A stretch of DNA of 54,576 bases, filler included, from Sluysia triapertura (lineage: Eukaryota): assembly GCA_046118255.1 (NCBI GenBank). It is 4 parts of 4 records of this genome, joined end to end, with 100 filler letters (N's around TTAATTAATTAA, not from the genome) between each part and the next. Parts side by side here need not be neighbours in the genome. Positions count along the whole stretch, not along the records: positions 25,989 to 38,123 come from JBJNIA010135731.1; positions 38,224 to 54,576 come from JBJNIA010206036.1; 2 more parts are not named here. One strand, 5' to 3'. Position numbers and translations under genes: made by a program. Below are positions 26,065-39,543 of this stretch, piece by piece; within the stretch, counting starts at the first letter, position 1; the number at the start of each line of letters is the position of its first letter. A model generated the notes under the pieces. That model worked only from the letters and a program-made list of their open reading frames with translations, did not search any database and was not told where the DNA came from.

Positions 26065-27414
26065 AAAAATTAAAAAGTTAAGTTTATGTTTTATAGAATT
26101 TCAATAAGCTTGAATGAACTCTTAGTTACTAGTTTTTATATGAACTTCTTTAATAATATTCTTTATTTCACATTATTACTTAAATTTATCTGATGTTATC
26201 ATCTTTTATTAACGTAAATTTCTTCTATTAATCAACTTTGCAAGTTCTATCTATACCTTGTCTATTATGTTTATCTCATCTGGAAGCGTGAACTCGAATA
26301 CTCATCTAAGCTATTCGAGATAGAAGTGCTTAACAAAAGTTCTAATTCTTTAAGGTTTAGTTATTCGGATTTTCAAAAGGATTTTTTAAGATTATTGAAG
26401 AGACTTTAATTTATTAAACTTGTCTAATTCGCTTTGTAAAATCTTAACTCAACTTTAAATTCCTTAATAAACTTTATAATATCCTTAATTTTGTAGTTTT
26501 TATCTAATCTCGATTCCTATTTTCATTTCATTTTTTATCGAGTAAAATGAAAAAGAAAGAAAACTACAAATTATTTTTCAAATTAATTAAATAACTTTAT
26601 ACATCATAAAAGTATATAAAATAAGATTAAAATGATTATTTTATTTAAGTATACAAAAGAGAAATTTTAGTTCGAGCTTAAAATAAATATTACCTGTTTA
26701 GATAGGGTTATAATCGTAATGAGCTTCAGTTCAATATTAACTAAGGATATCCAATATTGTCAAAAATAAATAATTTCAAATAAAATTTTGAATGAATTTT
26801 AAATTAAATTTAAAAGTTTGAAGAATAAATGCATGAAGAGAATTTAAAAATTTCAAGAGTAAATAAACATTATGTTACATTATTATTTTATTAATAATAT
26901 TATTTATTATTATTATTATTAATTATTATTAGATATTCAGTGTAAAGTTTACTAAATAGATTAATATTCTGATTAAACAATGTTGGAACTTCACTGATAA
27001 ATTTAACCTAATAATGACACTAAATATGTCGAATATTTAAAAATTAAATTCAAATTAATGGAAATATTCAAAAAGGACATTCGTTATTTTAACTTTCACA
27101 ATAAAGTTAATAGAAATAATGTGTTATTTATGCAACTTAGTCCAATAAATTAACTCCATTATATTAAGTATAAAATGAACTATAAATTTATACATTAAGT
27201 ATAAATTTTATTGTCTTACATTTTATTACTATTGTATTTTTTATTTTGTAGAATCTCTAAGTTATTCGATTTTTTATAGTTTTTATAGTTTTTTAATGAT
27301 TTTTCCATATAATGTTAAAATAAACTAAATAAATGTAAATATAAATAAAATATATAAATATATAAGTAAAATAAATATATATTTTTTAAAGAATATTCTT
27401 TTAAAGAATAATAG

Positions 27415-27700
27415 TGAAAAGCAACGTTATATTGATCATAATCAAGTTGTAACACACAAAATAGTAAAATGTGAAAGAAATTTTATTGCAAAGAAAGATA
27501 TTTGTGAAGGACAACTGGAATCAGTATAATCACGACTGCATAGTGAACAAGCTTAGATAGGTCATAGTTGAACTATACATAAATTAGCATGAAAGATTTT
27601 GCAAAATCAGTGCAAGGAACAGCAAAAATAATTGAAAATATAAGTTGTGGTTCAGCCGGCAAAAGTCTCCTGATTATAATTCTTCGACAATTGTGAAGTC
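27415..27700 (+). pseudogene. Decayed Cys/Lys-rich repeat protein fragment (copy 2)
   Basis: HKIVKCERNFIAKKDICEG, KILQNQCKEQQK and IIENISCG, interrupted by stops and frameshifts. Confidence 0.42.
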
Positions 27701-28583
27701 TCAAATATTATAACTAATATTATAAATAATTATGATATTAGTTTTAAGACGTTGTCTGATTACCTCATTTTAATAAGTTTTAATAGTTTGATTCGATAAA
27801 TTGTTTTTATATATATCCCATCATAAGACTCTTATTGATACTGATGCCTTAGAATCCGTAATTATTTTTTTAATTTTATTAATGTAATTTATGTGCATGG
27901 TTTTAATTTAGTATTTGAATTCTCAAATTTTACTACCCATGTATAATAAATTCTTTGTTATACTACGGTAATGCAAAGTTATTTTGTGATTAAATTTTAA
28001 AATATTTATTAGTGTCTCAAATTAACTGATAACTCCGAACTTTTCTGCTTTTTCACAACTTAAAACTTAAAAATCCAAATAATATCCTTGTTTTTTGAAT
28101 ATTTTTAGGAATATTATTTAATAGTAATTGTTATTAAACAGTGAAATATTCAAATGAATTGTGTGGATTACAAAATCAAAATTAAATGATTGGACATTGT
28201 TTTTGTGGTACGATTCTTTACGGTTTTTTATTTCTATGAAGGAAGTGTGCTGAAAACCTAAATTGAAATTTAAAATTGTAATTAATAGTGATTTATATAC
28301 ATATGTTTTATGTATTTTAATTTTAATTTCTTTTTTTGCATGTTTGAACTCTGATTGAAAAATCATTCAAGCAAAAAAATAAAATTGCTCTAAAATCTAT
28401 ATTTTTTTGTTTGAAAATTATAAATTTATTAAATAAAGAAAATTTTTAAAGTGAATGTAGCAAATGCTTATTACCGATTTGTTTAGTAATGGTAAAAAGG
28501 CATCAATGGAATTAACCTTTAATTTCCTTAATAACTTCGATATTTTTACCAAATACAGTTAAATCTATTTTACTTATATTTAG

Positions 28584-28759
28584 GATTTAGTATTCGTACT
28601 GTTATTGTTAGACGAGAAATTGCTTGGTGTAGTACGTCGAAGAGATCAACAACCACATGCAAATGATATACTTATGATTTTGAATCTTCTTCGAAATTCG
28701 AGTTCTTTTAAAATACAAACTTGTTGGTTACCGATTTGTTTACCGAAATTTGATGCTGA
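28584..28759 (+). CDS. MON1: MON1 (vacuolar fusion protein, Rab7 GEF subunit), internal exon
   Basis: tttag| ... |gtttgt boundaries. Translates to DLVFVLLLLDEKLLGVVRRRDQQPHANDILMILNLLRNSSSFKIQTCWLPICLPKFDA, matching MON1 LVFSILL...[30 protein letters not shown]...WTPVCLPKFN. Ends in phase 2. Confidence 0.92.
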
Positions 28760-29583
28760 GTTTGTATTCTTATAATTTTTTATTTAGTTATTTCAAGTTA
28801 TAAATTTAAGTTTTTGTAATACTTGAAATATTTAAGGTTAAGATTATCGTTTGTTAATTGTGAGGTTTTCGACAGTATAGTTGTATAATAAAATATTATA
28901 ATCATTAAAACAATCGTTCAGCCAAGAGTTATAATACATTATTTCGTTTAAAGTTTGCATTACAAAATAGATAATATTAATATATTGTATGAAGTCTAAA
29001 AGATATTTCTGGTTAATATTTCTGCACAATACTAAAAAAAGGCATTAACATTTCTCCATACATTAATTATCTTTTTTAAGATAATAATATTTTTAGAAAA
29101 TAATTTTTTAACGAAAATTAATTGTCTTTTTTGAAAATCAGGTAATGAAGTGTTGTGATGGTAAGATCAAGAAGTTCTTTCAAAAATGAAAGTTTAAATT
29201 TTCAAAAATAATAGGTTCACATAATTTATTTTTAATTTATAACTAAATTATCCATATTTGGTTTTTATGCACATTAATTCCACTTTAAAAGAGTGAAATT
29301 TAATTAAAATTGTTTTCATTTCGGTGGTAAATGTCGAAAGAAATGTATGCAAAATTGAAAATATTTTAGAATGATCTTAACGATTAATGATGAAAATGCG
29401 AGTCTTATAAAAATACGCGAGAAAGGATGAAACAAACATTCAAATGTAACTAATAATTATATTATATTTACCATGGCTCTTTTAACTTTCTTTGCAAAAG
29501 CCATTTTAAAAATTTCTCTTTAATTTTAATTGGAATAACTTTTTTAAAAATGATAATTACTTAAGATTTTAATTTTAATTCAG

Positions 29584-29986
29584 TGGATTTTTCTATGCCC
29601 ATATATCATATTTAACTGAGCGACTATCACTGGTGCTTTTGACGGTTAACAATGATGAATTCGATGTGTTGCAAAATTGTAAATTACAAATCACTGAAGC
29701 ATATCAAGCCAACAAATTATTTGAAAAATTGGAACAGAAACCTTATTCGATTGAGGATATGTTGATAAGTCAAAATTTACAGAATGGAGATATTTATCAT
29801 TTTATTTATAAATTACGTACTGCTAGTCAATATATCAGTTACCAATCAACTAAAATCAAATTATCCAAAAAAGAGGAGCAGAAATGTTTTCATACTTATT
29901 TACGAATGCATTCGTACATTCATTTCACTGATCGACTTGCCAGATTGGTGTATCAAACTAATAATCTCACTACTATCATTGCTTGG
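29584..29986 (+). CDS. MON1: MON1, next internal exon
   Basis: The tttcag| acceptor is phase-compatible with the previous exon. Translates to GFFYAHISYL...LSLVLLTVNNDEFDVLQNCK...HFIYK...LVYQTNNLTTIIAW|gttagt, matching MON1 GFFHAHISYL...HFLYK...ENLLAW. The 5' exons and the final exon (VT..FELY...WI.KEE) were not found in the window. Confidence 0.92.
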
Positions 29987-30267
29987 GTTAGTTGTAAACT
30001 CAGAAAATTAATGCTTATTGTTAAAAAACAAACTAAAACGACATTTTCAAAGAAGTTTTAAATAACTCACGAATACAGAAGATACTAAAGTCTTATTTTC
30101 AGAAATTTTCAAGAAGTTTAACAATTCACATGAATTTTTATAAGTTTAAAGTAAAACTAAATATAAATTTTAAACTAATTTACAAAATTTCAGGGAGTAA
30201 TTGATACTACAAATGTTAGAATAAAAAACTTTATATTCATATAAAAACTGAAACTTGAGTTTATCTT

Positions 30268-30268
30268 C

Positions 30269-30322
<54 letters not shown>
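30268..30322. repeat. (TAT)n microsatellite
   Basis: Direct reading. Confidence 0.95.
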
Positions 30323-32789
30323 GTATACTTAAAATGCTAAATTTGAGCTTAATGTGTTCTAACACTTATTGTAATAAACGAGGTTATCGTTCATTATTAT
30401 TTGATTAATGTAAAAGAAAATTTACATTTTATAACTCAAGAAAGTAAAGTAGATTAAACTAGATAAAATTTTATTCATCAAATATAACAAATAATATAGC
30501 AATTGGAACAATAATATATAAACAGTAGTATAAAATCTGCGGTAAAAATAATAAAATGCAACATACGTAAGTTAATAAAATAAGTAAAAGGTATCACATA
30601 AATATTAAGAAAATCTTAAACTAAATTCAAATGTTATTCTGATTTTATAAAATGAAAATCAATATAAATTTAAGTAGTTAAATACCTGTACTTAATTTCA
30701 ATTAAAATACCTTGGTTGTTTAGTTAAGCTGTGACTCTATCTTCAGCTTGAATAAACTGGAATATTTCTTGAATTCATGAAATCTTCTATGAATTAAATT
30801 GTTCGATCAAAAATACCTTGAATGCGTGTAGTTAAATCTATTTATACTCGCGTTGTTTTTTTTACCCACATTGTTATTATTGTTTTGTAATATAATGAAA
30901 TTCCAAATATTATTTTATTCAAATTATTATATATAATACAGTGTTATTATTTTTTGACTATTGTTTTTTTACTTCCAATAAATTAATCACAATGAAACTA
31001 TTCATAATAAGCTTATAATAAAATAATAAAATTATTTACAACATCATTCTTTACTTTCATATTTTATTCATGATTTTTTTTGTTTTGCTTCTGTTTGTAT
31101 TTTATTCTACATAAACAATAAATTGCCCATGAATGATAGAATACTTAATGTTTAATTCAATGCACAAAATATTTAATTCAGTGATTAATGTTTTACTCAA
31201 GTTAGGAACCGAAGCAAATGTTTTAGTTAAAGAATATATAAATACAAATGTTAATGTTTATTATGATAAAGTGTTAAATAAAGACAATACTTGGAACATA
31301 AATTAAATTGTGTTTGTTTTTAAAATTATTGCGGTGATTCACCTCACAACTTACTCTTCTGTCATTTTCAACATCGTAAAATCAGTTAGAAACATTCGTA
31401 ATGATTCAATACAAATCTCTGACAACTTTAAACATTTACACCTTTTTATTAAGTACTCTACAACGCTTAATATAAAATCATTAATATAACATCATTAGAA
31501 AGAACTTTGAAATATTTTTAATATTGTCTAATTCATTGTAATTCTTAAAGGAAAGATGCTTTAAGACATTAATAAGAAAGAACTTAGCCTTCATAATGAT
31601 AAGAACTTAAGTACATATAAATAATAATAATATTATTAATGATGATGGTAATGCCACATTATTATTTAAATATTATCTACTAACTGTTGAATACTGTTTT
31701 TATTATTATTACATATACATACTTGCCAGGAAAAATGATTTTAAATTTATATTTACTTATAAAATAATCTTAAACTTTGATTTAATTATATTACGAATGT
31801 TTAAAATTTATAAAACACAACTTAGTTCAGAAGTTAAATAAGGTATATTTACTACAATTTCGTATTTAAATGATGGTTATGAATATAAAAACTGTAATTT
31901 TATTTGTAGTAATAAATTGTTATTCAAAGTGTATTTATTTAGGTTTGTAGGTCCTAAAATAATATAAGTTTATAAAACTAACATAAAATCCAAATTTAAG
32001 ATGATAAAATAATATTACTGTCACTCTATCCAAAACGTTGCTCAAACTTGAGTTCGCACTGTGTTCAGATTCAACCGTACAGTGCATATTTATAAAAATC
32101 ACTCAGTGTAGGGAGCGATTTTTATATTTTAAAATTAATAAATTGTAATTATTTTTATTTATTCTTATATTAAAAAGGATTGCGAATTTCTTTAATAAAA
32201 AACAATTAAAATTCAACATTAAAACAAACTAGGCTTAAAGCCTTTTAAAAGTAACAATTTTAACAAAGAAACGAAATTTAGAAATTTATTAACAATAAAT
32301 AAAAGTGAAAAAACATAAAGATACCTATAACAATATTTATTCTTAATATATTAGCTTCATGTTCAAATATAAGCTTAATTTCAAATTTAAAATTACTATC
32401 GAAGTTTAATTCTTGTGGAAATTGAGGTTTTAAATAAAAACCATATGTTGATTTATAACTTAGATTAAAACAATACGAAATTTTAGCACATCATACTTAA
32501 TGTAAACTTTCTTTGTGATTTTCGTATATCGTTATAACTTTCATTCCAAAGAGACTGTCTAAAAATTACCACTTTTTGATATCATTGCAATGTAATTTAT
32601 GTACACCAATTTTAACTTTAATTGTTTCAGTAAAGTTCATTGAAAATTCATTAAAATGAATTTCTGTAAATTGATACGAAAATAAACAGTAAAATGCACA
32701 ATATATTTTTATAAATAATATGTACCTAATAATTATAATCTGCTTTTATCAAATATTGATTTTTTTAATAATTTATTTTATATTTTAAT

Positions 32790-33670
32790 TTCAGGATCTA
32801 CGAATTCTCCTGTACTCTCAAATATAATTGGGATACCCATTCTTACATTAATAGTTCCATTTTCTTCATCACATGAATAAACTTTATATGGTTTTAAATG
32901 GTCACAACATTATTGAATCGTTTTTCGTGGATATTGCTCAATGTGATCACAAATGCAATTTTTATACACTAATTTATGTTCAATGATTTCAAACTTGCAT
33001 TTATCGATTTGTTTTCCTACGAAAAGTAACACAAGTAATACCTTTTCTACGTATAGTAGATTTTGGAAAACAATTGAAATTTATAAGTTGATGAGTTTTC
33101 TTTGTTACATAAGTACGATGGTTTTCACAAATTGTGGTTTCATCTTTCAAGCAACATTTATAATTGCTTTTTTCTCTTTTCTTCTAGGTTCACACAAGTG
33201 CAATCAACGGCTTTTTACATAAAATAAATTCGATTAAATTAGCTACATCTTTATATTTAGGACAATAAATAGGCTTTGCTCTTCTACTATTAACATATTT
33301 ACAAACACCGTATATTAGATGTGCTTGCTAGACTAGTGTTTCTAACTGTGAATCACTTTTACAATTTTGGTGGTTTTATCAAAACATTAGCAAAGTTTTT
33401 TATTTTAGTTTCAAACCTTTTACATTTACAGTTAACCAGATTATAATGTGTTTCTGCATATTCTTGATATCCGGTTTTTTATCACACAAACCTGATGGTA
33501 TTACTGTACTTTGCATATGACAGTCTTGATGTTTATGATAATGTTCTACACATTTAAACCCACATGCTACATACTTTAATGTAGGTGTTACAATTCTATC
33601 GTTATTTATGCATATTTCAGTTTTATCCTTAGGAAAGCAAATATTTGTTTCTTTTTTATACATTTCCGGT
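32790..33670 (-). pseudogene. Decayed Cys/Lys-rich repeat protein fragment (copy 3)
   Basis: ORF 33400-33663 (ETNICFPKDKTEICINN...CGFKCVEH...GLCDKK) continues as HLIYGVCKYVNSRRAKPIYCPK, KAVDCTCV, KTTICENHRTYVTKKTHQLINFNCFPKSTIRRKGITC and KCKFEIIEHKLVYKNCICDH...CCDHLKPYKVYSCDEENG, with stops and frameshifts. Confidence 0.6.
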
Positions 33671-36020
33671 TATTGTATTAATACCTTGATCATCTGATTT
33701 AAATCAAATAGTAAAAATTCTAGAATAAGTTTTTATTGGGAAAGGCATTTATGATGACCCTGTACGTATTGTATGTTTAACAAGAGAATCTAAGAAGGAT
33801 GAAGGTAAATACAAAAGAAATAATAATAACAATTATGTAAATATTATATAATTTAGAATGATGATATTGATGACGTTAATATGAAGGTTAGTATAAAAGT
33901 TATATGATAATCATATTATATAACAATAATGACGATAATTATATTTTATTACGATTGGATTTGTAATAACAGTAGCTATAGATTATGATGATTATGTTTG
34001 TTTTTTAAATGAGTCTAGTAGTTTGTTTAATGTTCTATGTATGAATGAAATGTTTTAATATGATGAAGGATGGATATTATGCATAATTTCCCATCACTCA
34101 GTCTTTGCGTTGTATTCATTTACTTAGTTTTAAATATTAGTATTTCTTCACAGTTTTCAGGAGAAAACTCATGTTACATTAAGCAATCTCTGATTTACTA
34201 TGCTTAATTCGTAATTATTAAATGTCATTAGAAATGAAATCTGACACAACTAATTATGTACATTCTAATTAAGATAGTATGAATATGTTTTTGACTAAAA
34301 ATTTATTTGATTAATAAGTAGAAAAATTGTTTTATTTAGTGCAGTGTTTTTGGCCTTTTATGCAAAATCTAATTTTAATTACCTAAGTTTTAACTGACGA
34401 AAACAAATTAAAAACTCTATTAAGTATCGTTTAAGTTAAATATTTGTTCATTTATTTAATTTAATCACAAACTTATGTATTAATAATTGTATTAATTTAT
34501 GTACTAATATTAACTACTGTATTGTAATAAAATTTTTTAAATTTAATCCTTAAATTTCTAATATTGTAATAATACTGTAATTTGTTCCACTTTATAATAT
34601 TGCATTTTGCTGTTACGTAACTTTGCATAAATTCTGTAAATAAAATTCGTTTATAGTTCGTCTGTATATCATGGTTGTTAATTTCTGAACTCATACCTGA
34701 TAGAGATGGAAGTGCTAATTCTTTAATCATGTTAAGTCAAAATTTCAATTCACTATACTCTAAAATAGTGAATGCATTTATTTACAAAGATTAACATAAA
34801 AAAATTTTACAATATGTTGAGTAACATGCAATTTGTTTTTTAATTTAAAGATTTAATTACTGTATTTACAGTTTAATAGCAATCAATTGTCACCAAGAAT
34901 GAAATTCTAATTAAATTCTTACATGACAATATCAAATTTTAATTTCTAGTTTAATTGCGTTCTAAAAATATTAAAAATTTAATTTGTTTCTCTTCATCAG
35001 AATAAATTCTCTGATTTCATTGTATAATAATTTTTTTAAAGTAAATTTCTTCAGTTAAAATCACAAATGATTTAATATATGTATTATCGTGATACTGTGA
35101 CGAATTTCATCATCTATACATTAATTAATGTATTTATGATATTACCTTGACTATATTAAAATTGAGTTATTTTTTCATGTATATTAATTTAGTGGTTATG
35201 CGTTCGTTGGCTTTGGGCCTATTTAACTTTATATATCCACATTTTACCAAATAGATTTAGTTTTTTTCACAGATGATGTATACGTCTTAATAACCAATAA
35301 CAATATTGAGTATAATTATCCAATTGTGATAAATTTAGTGATTTTGCATCTATAATCAATTTAATTTGAAACTTTTGGTAATTTTAGATTCAAACTTTAA
35401 AAATTCAAAATAATCGAAATTACATATATGTCAAAGTCTAATATTGATTTTAACTTAAAAAATACATTAATCTAAAAATAATTATAATTTAATTGGTTAA
35501 ATTTCAATTAAATAGATTATTTAATACTAAAATAGAATATTATTATTTTATTATTATTATTGTTGTGAAAGCATTATTATTACAATTATAAAAACTTATA
35601 AAATTTTAATTAAATAATTTTAAACAATAAATGAATATTTTATTTCAAACATTTATTGAAACTGTTAAAATACAATATATTTCTAAGTCTATTATTTTGA
35701 ATCGGATACATTTTATTGTTTTTTAAATTGGATCATTTAGTTTGGAATTTAGTTATGCACATTTGCATACTTTTGTTCATTTAGAATCTTGTTAATCGTT
35801 AGTTTTGTTAGATAAGATTAATCTTTTTTAATATAAGATAGCAATATTAACTTAAATTCTTTTTAATAGAGAGTTGTAAAATTACCATTTAATATTAAAA
35901 CAAATCAGATTTTATTATAATCTTGTAAACTTATTATTATTGTTAACTAATTGTTAGATTTTGTTGTACTTAATATATTATGTTATAAATTTTCATATTT
36001 TTCTACTTGAAAATTATTCC

Positions 36021-36380
36021 TAAGGAGCGCCGGTTTTACTTGGTCGTAAACTACAGAAAGTTTATTGAAAATTAAGATATCGTTTTTATAATACGGTTGT
36101 AATATTTCACTTAAAGGTATCATTTGTTTTTATTTAACTCATAACTGGCCGCTAAAAATTCTTAATCGACCTTTTGATTGCAACAAAAACAGTTATTCTG
36201 TCAAAACGCGTACTACTAGGTCAGCGGCTACTAAATTTCGAATAAAAAATGAGTAAAAGGAAAAGATTTTAAAAAACCATTTTTGCATTAAAAAAAACAA
36301 TTTTAAAATAATCAATTGCTACTTACAACTTAGCCCTTAATTGCGTAAGACTAAGATTGTAAGGGACTCACCACATAAAT
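36021..36380 (+). repeat. Dispersed ~350-bp repeat, copy A (solo-LTR-like)
   Basis: Shares TAAGGxxCGCCGxTTTTACT at the start and a ~65-bp block (TTGCTACTTACAACTTxGCCCTxAAxTGxGTAAGACTAAGAxTGTAAGGxACTCACCACATAAAT) at the end with 53476-53822. Confidence 0.7.
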
Positions 36381-38052
36381 TAAAAAACAAAACACAAGGT
36401 AAATATAATTTTTGCATATATGTATCACAATAAATATCAATTAACATGAGTAAAAGTTGAATATCATTAATAAATGTAGCCGAAAATGTTAGATTACATG
36501 ATACATAATTATATAATGACAATTAAATTAATAGAGCAGTAATCTAAAATTAAAGAAAGGTGGCGCAACTATAAACTAATAATAAAAATCAATTAAAATA
36601 TAATATCAAATAAATAAATATGACGTTGAATCTCCAAAAAGAATCAAATAAATTTTAGTTAAAGTAATAGTAAAGTAAAATATTACTTTTTCATGGATCT
36701 TGAATTATTGTCATAATCATCATAGTGTCACAGTTATTATTGTGTTTAAAATTCTAATCTCATCCAAGCACTCTTGAGTTTAACAAATCCTCTGAACTTC
36801 CTTTTACGGTCGAACCGACAATTACATAGTACTACTAAGATTTTATTAAGTATGTGAAACAAAAATATGATTAATGATCCACCATTATTTTCATATACTT
36901 TGCTTTCTAAATTATTTTTCATTAAGAGAAAAATTAATATTAATATCATACATAATGAATTTAACTTGAGTTTTAGTTTTAATTTTCACTTTTTTACACT
37001 TAATTTTATATTGGAAAAAAATTTTATTTTCAAACAAATCATTCTATAAATATTTCAAATTCAGTTCTAGATTTTCCTCTTTCATAGCAATCATATCATA
37101 TTCAAGTCATTATCTTTTCATCATTCTAAATATGAAAAATTTGCTATTTTAGAATTTAGAATTAAAGTTTGACTTTGTTCAATATATTAAGACATTACTT
37201 ACACAAACGCATACACAATCACAACTTTGTCATAGTATTCCTCATTCAAACGTTATTACGTTAATTAACATTTTAATTAATTATCCTATTTTAAAACTTA
37301 TTTTATTTTAGACTTATTTTGGCTTACTTTATGCTGAAAGGTTTTCTTCAGGTTCTAAAATTGTTGGTACACTACGAGGAATTAAGGAAATTCGTGGTGC
37401 TTTCACCTTAACTTCTCTTTTTCTTTTTTCTACTTCTCTATGCTAATTATTAATGATATTATCTCGCAATTATTGTAAAGATTTCAAATACTTTACAAGT
37501 CTTAAATACTTATCAAAGTCTCAAAGATTCTTAAAGTTTGATAAGGTCTTAAATGGTCTCAATGTTCATATATTCAAGAGTATTTTAATACTTCAAAACG
37601 TTTTCTATGCTAATTTCAAGGGTCTTTGGAATTCCAGAGTCAATTCGTAACATGATTTTAAATGTTTTTCATTTTCATCACTTTTACTTCAACAATGTTT
37701 TATTATGTTTTGCTCAACATTTTGAATCAAATCTTATTGAATTATTCAATTTTTACATATTTACTTGTCTCTTATTCTATAGTTGAGTAATCCAATCAAT
37801 AGTTAACTTTAAAAATAATTGAGTAATTCATGAAAATATGAAATAATAACTGTCCACGATCCCCATTTTGGGATTATGGAATTTTACTTATACTACTTGG
37901 CACGAACAATATATCAAGTTCATTGTCAGTTTAATGTCATTTTATAAATCAGTCAATATTGTTTTCGTTTTTGAACAATTGAAAAATTTGGGAAAATTTA
38001 CTGTTAATGGATTAAATGAGACATTTTTATTTTGGTTAATACTATAAACAAT

Positions 38053-38057
<5 letters not shown>

Positions 38058-38123
<66 letters not shown>
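38058..38123. repeat. (AAT)n microsatellite at contig end
   Basis: Direct reading. Confidence 0.95.
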
Positions 38124-38223
38124 NNNNNNNNNNNNNNNNNNNNNNNNNNNNNNNNNNNNNNNNNNNNTTAATTAATTAANNNNNNNNNNNNNNNNNNNNN
38201 NNNNNNNNNNNNNNNNNNNNNNN
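38124..38223. other. Assembly linker N44-TTAATTAATTAA-N44
   Basis: Identical 100-bp artificial spacer. Confidence 0.97.
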
Positions 38224-38249
38224 TGAATTTATTAAACTATTAAATTATT

Positions 38250-38340
38250 AAATTATTAACCTCCACTTTTTAAACTAAAAAATCCAACGGTTGGCCATTA
38301 AGTTAGTAAGCCCAATACATTGGTGGACTCACATAAGTTT
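38250..38340 (+). mobile_element. LTR 3' end plus primer-binding site (homologue of 48845-49010)
   Basis: AAAATCCAACGGTTGGCCATTAAGTTAGTAAGCCCAATACA-T-TGGTGGACTCAC aligns with AAAATCCAATGGCTGGCCCTAACCGGTAAGCCTATTACG-T-TGGTGGACTCAG upstream of the gag at 49274. CA followed by TGG is the canonical LTR/PBS junction. Confidence 0.68.
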
Positions 38341-39453
38341 TATTCGCACACTCACACACAAATCTTGCAAAGGCATTGAAGAGAGTCCTTTAGGAATTAT
38401 GACCTTCATCACTCGGTTTCTTTATTAATCCATTAAACCAGTTTTCTATTCTAATTTTATTATTACATGATTATTCTAATGGTTTAAAAGTTGTCAAATG
38501 TTTGAGAAACTCTTAAGTACTTAAAGATGTAAAAGATACTTAAGCGATCTGGAGTTTCAAAGGTATTTTCTTTCTCATCTTCTCTCATGATTTTGTTATT
38601 TTATTGTTTAGAGTATATAGACGTATATAGAAGTAAAATGGCATGTACATTATCAAACCGATCCTCATATATTTATGCGAAGTGTTTAGTTGCGTTTTTA
38701 ATAATAATTTTATTATTTAGATTTAGTTTTATTATTTATATATCTGATGGCAAATTACTTTATTTTATGATATTTTATTTTATTTGAAAGAATTTCATGA
38801 AACAGAATTTTTAAAATTTATTATTATCAGACACTTTTTTAGTGTGCATACAAAACAAATCTAAAAATAAATATACGAATACAGCTTAAAATGATTTGTT
38901 AATTTTTATTGTCAAATATTCTATTTATAAATAAAATCATTATATATTATAATAATATTTAATACATAATCTCAGTTATCAATGTAAATTTAAGCCACTT
39001 TGAAGATAAATAGATAACTTGTTTCATCGATGAATCTGATTTAATTTCCGAACCATTTAGTGATTTTATTTTATACCATTTAACTAGAATGACGGCTGAT
39101 ATTTCAAAAATTAAGTTAAACATTTTCACCCTCATTTAATTGGACTTTCCCTTTAAGTGGTGTAACATATTTCTGTGCATACCTATAATTTTATATTGTA
39201 TATAAATGTTTTAACCTAATTTTCAAACTTTAATAATTGCTTACCTAAATGAACACTCGAGCAAAATAGTTTAAAAACGGATTCGGCTTAAGAAGTAAAA
39301 TGGGCTTGTCTGTGGCTATGACAATACATAAATTATTTAATTGAGTCTGTAATTTACTTTTGAACTTGTTTTAATCTTAGGCATTCTAAAAACGAATTTA
39401 AATCCTCCACAATTAAATAAAAACAAGGACAATTTTAATTAGTTTTAATTGAA

Positions 39454-39543
39454 TACCATATTTTCCGGACTACAAGACGTATCCTAAAAAATGATATCAC
39501 TATTGTTTTCTACTACCCTATTTTGCAGATTATAAGGCTCACA
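39454..39543 (+). mobile_element. Tc2/pogo-like transposon left-end remnant (two TIR-like copies 60 bp apart)
   Basis: TA|CCATATTTTCCGGACTACAAGACG and TA|CCCTATTTTGCAGATTATAAGGCT resemble TA|CCGTATTTTCCGxACTATAAGxCGCAC-type TIRs. Confidence 0.5.

Noticed and set aside
29987-30061. Continuation of ORF 29633-30061 as the MON1 C-terminus
   Set aside because: Homology ends at ...IIAW followed by a GTTAGT donor, so the remainder is intron read-through.
32021-32118. Small hairpin GCACTGT/ACAGTGC as a possible ncRNA
   Set aside because: Only a 7-bp stem, with no recognisable snRNA or snoRNA boxes.
33730-33890. Two mini-exons with GT-AG boundaries as a functional gene
   Set aside because: The open frames on either side of the 52-nt intron are phase-incompatible (the join creates a stop) and no family is recognised; at best a relic.
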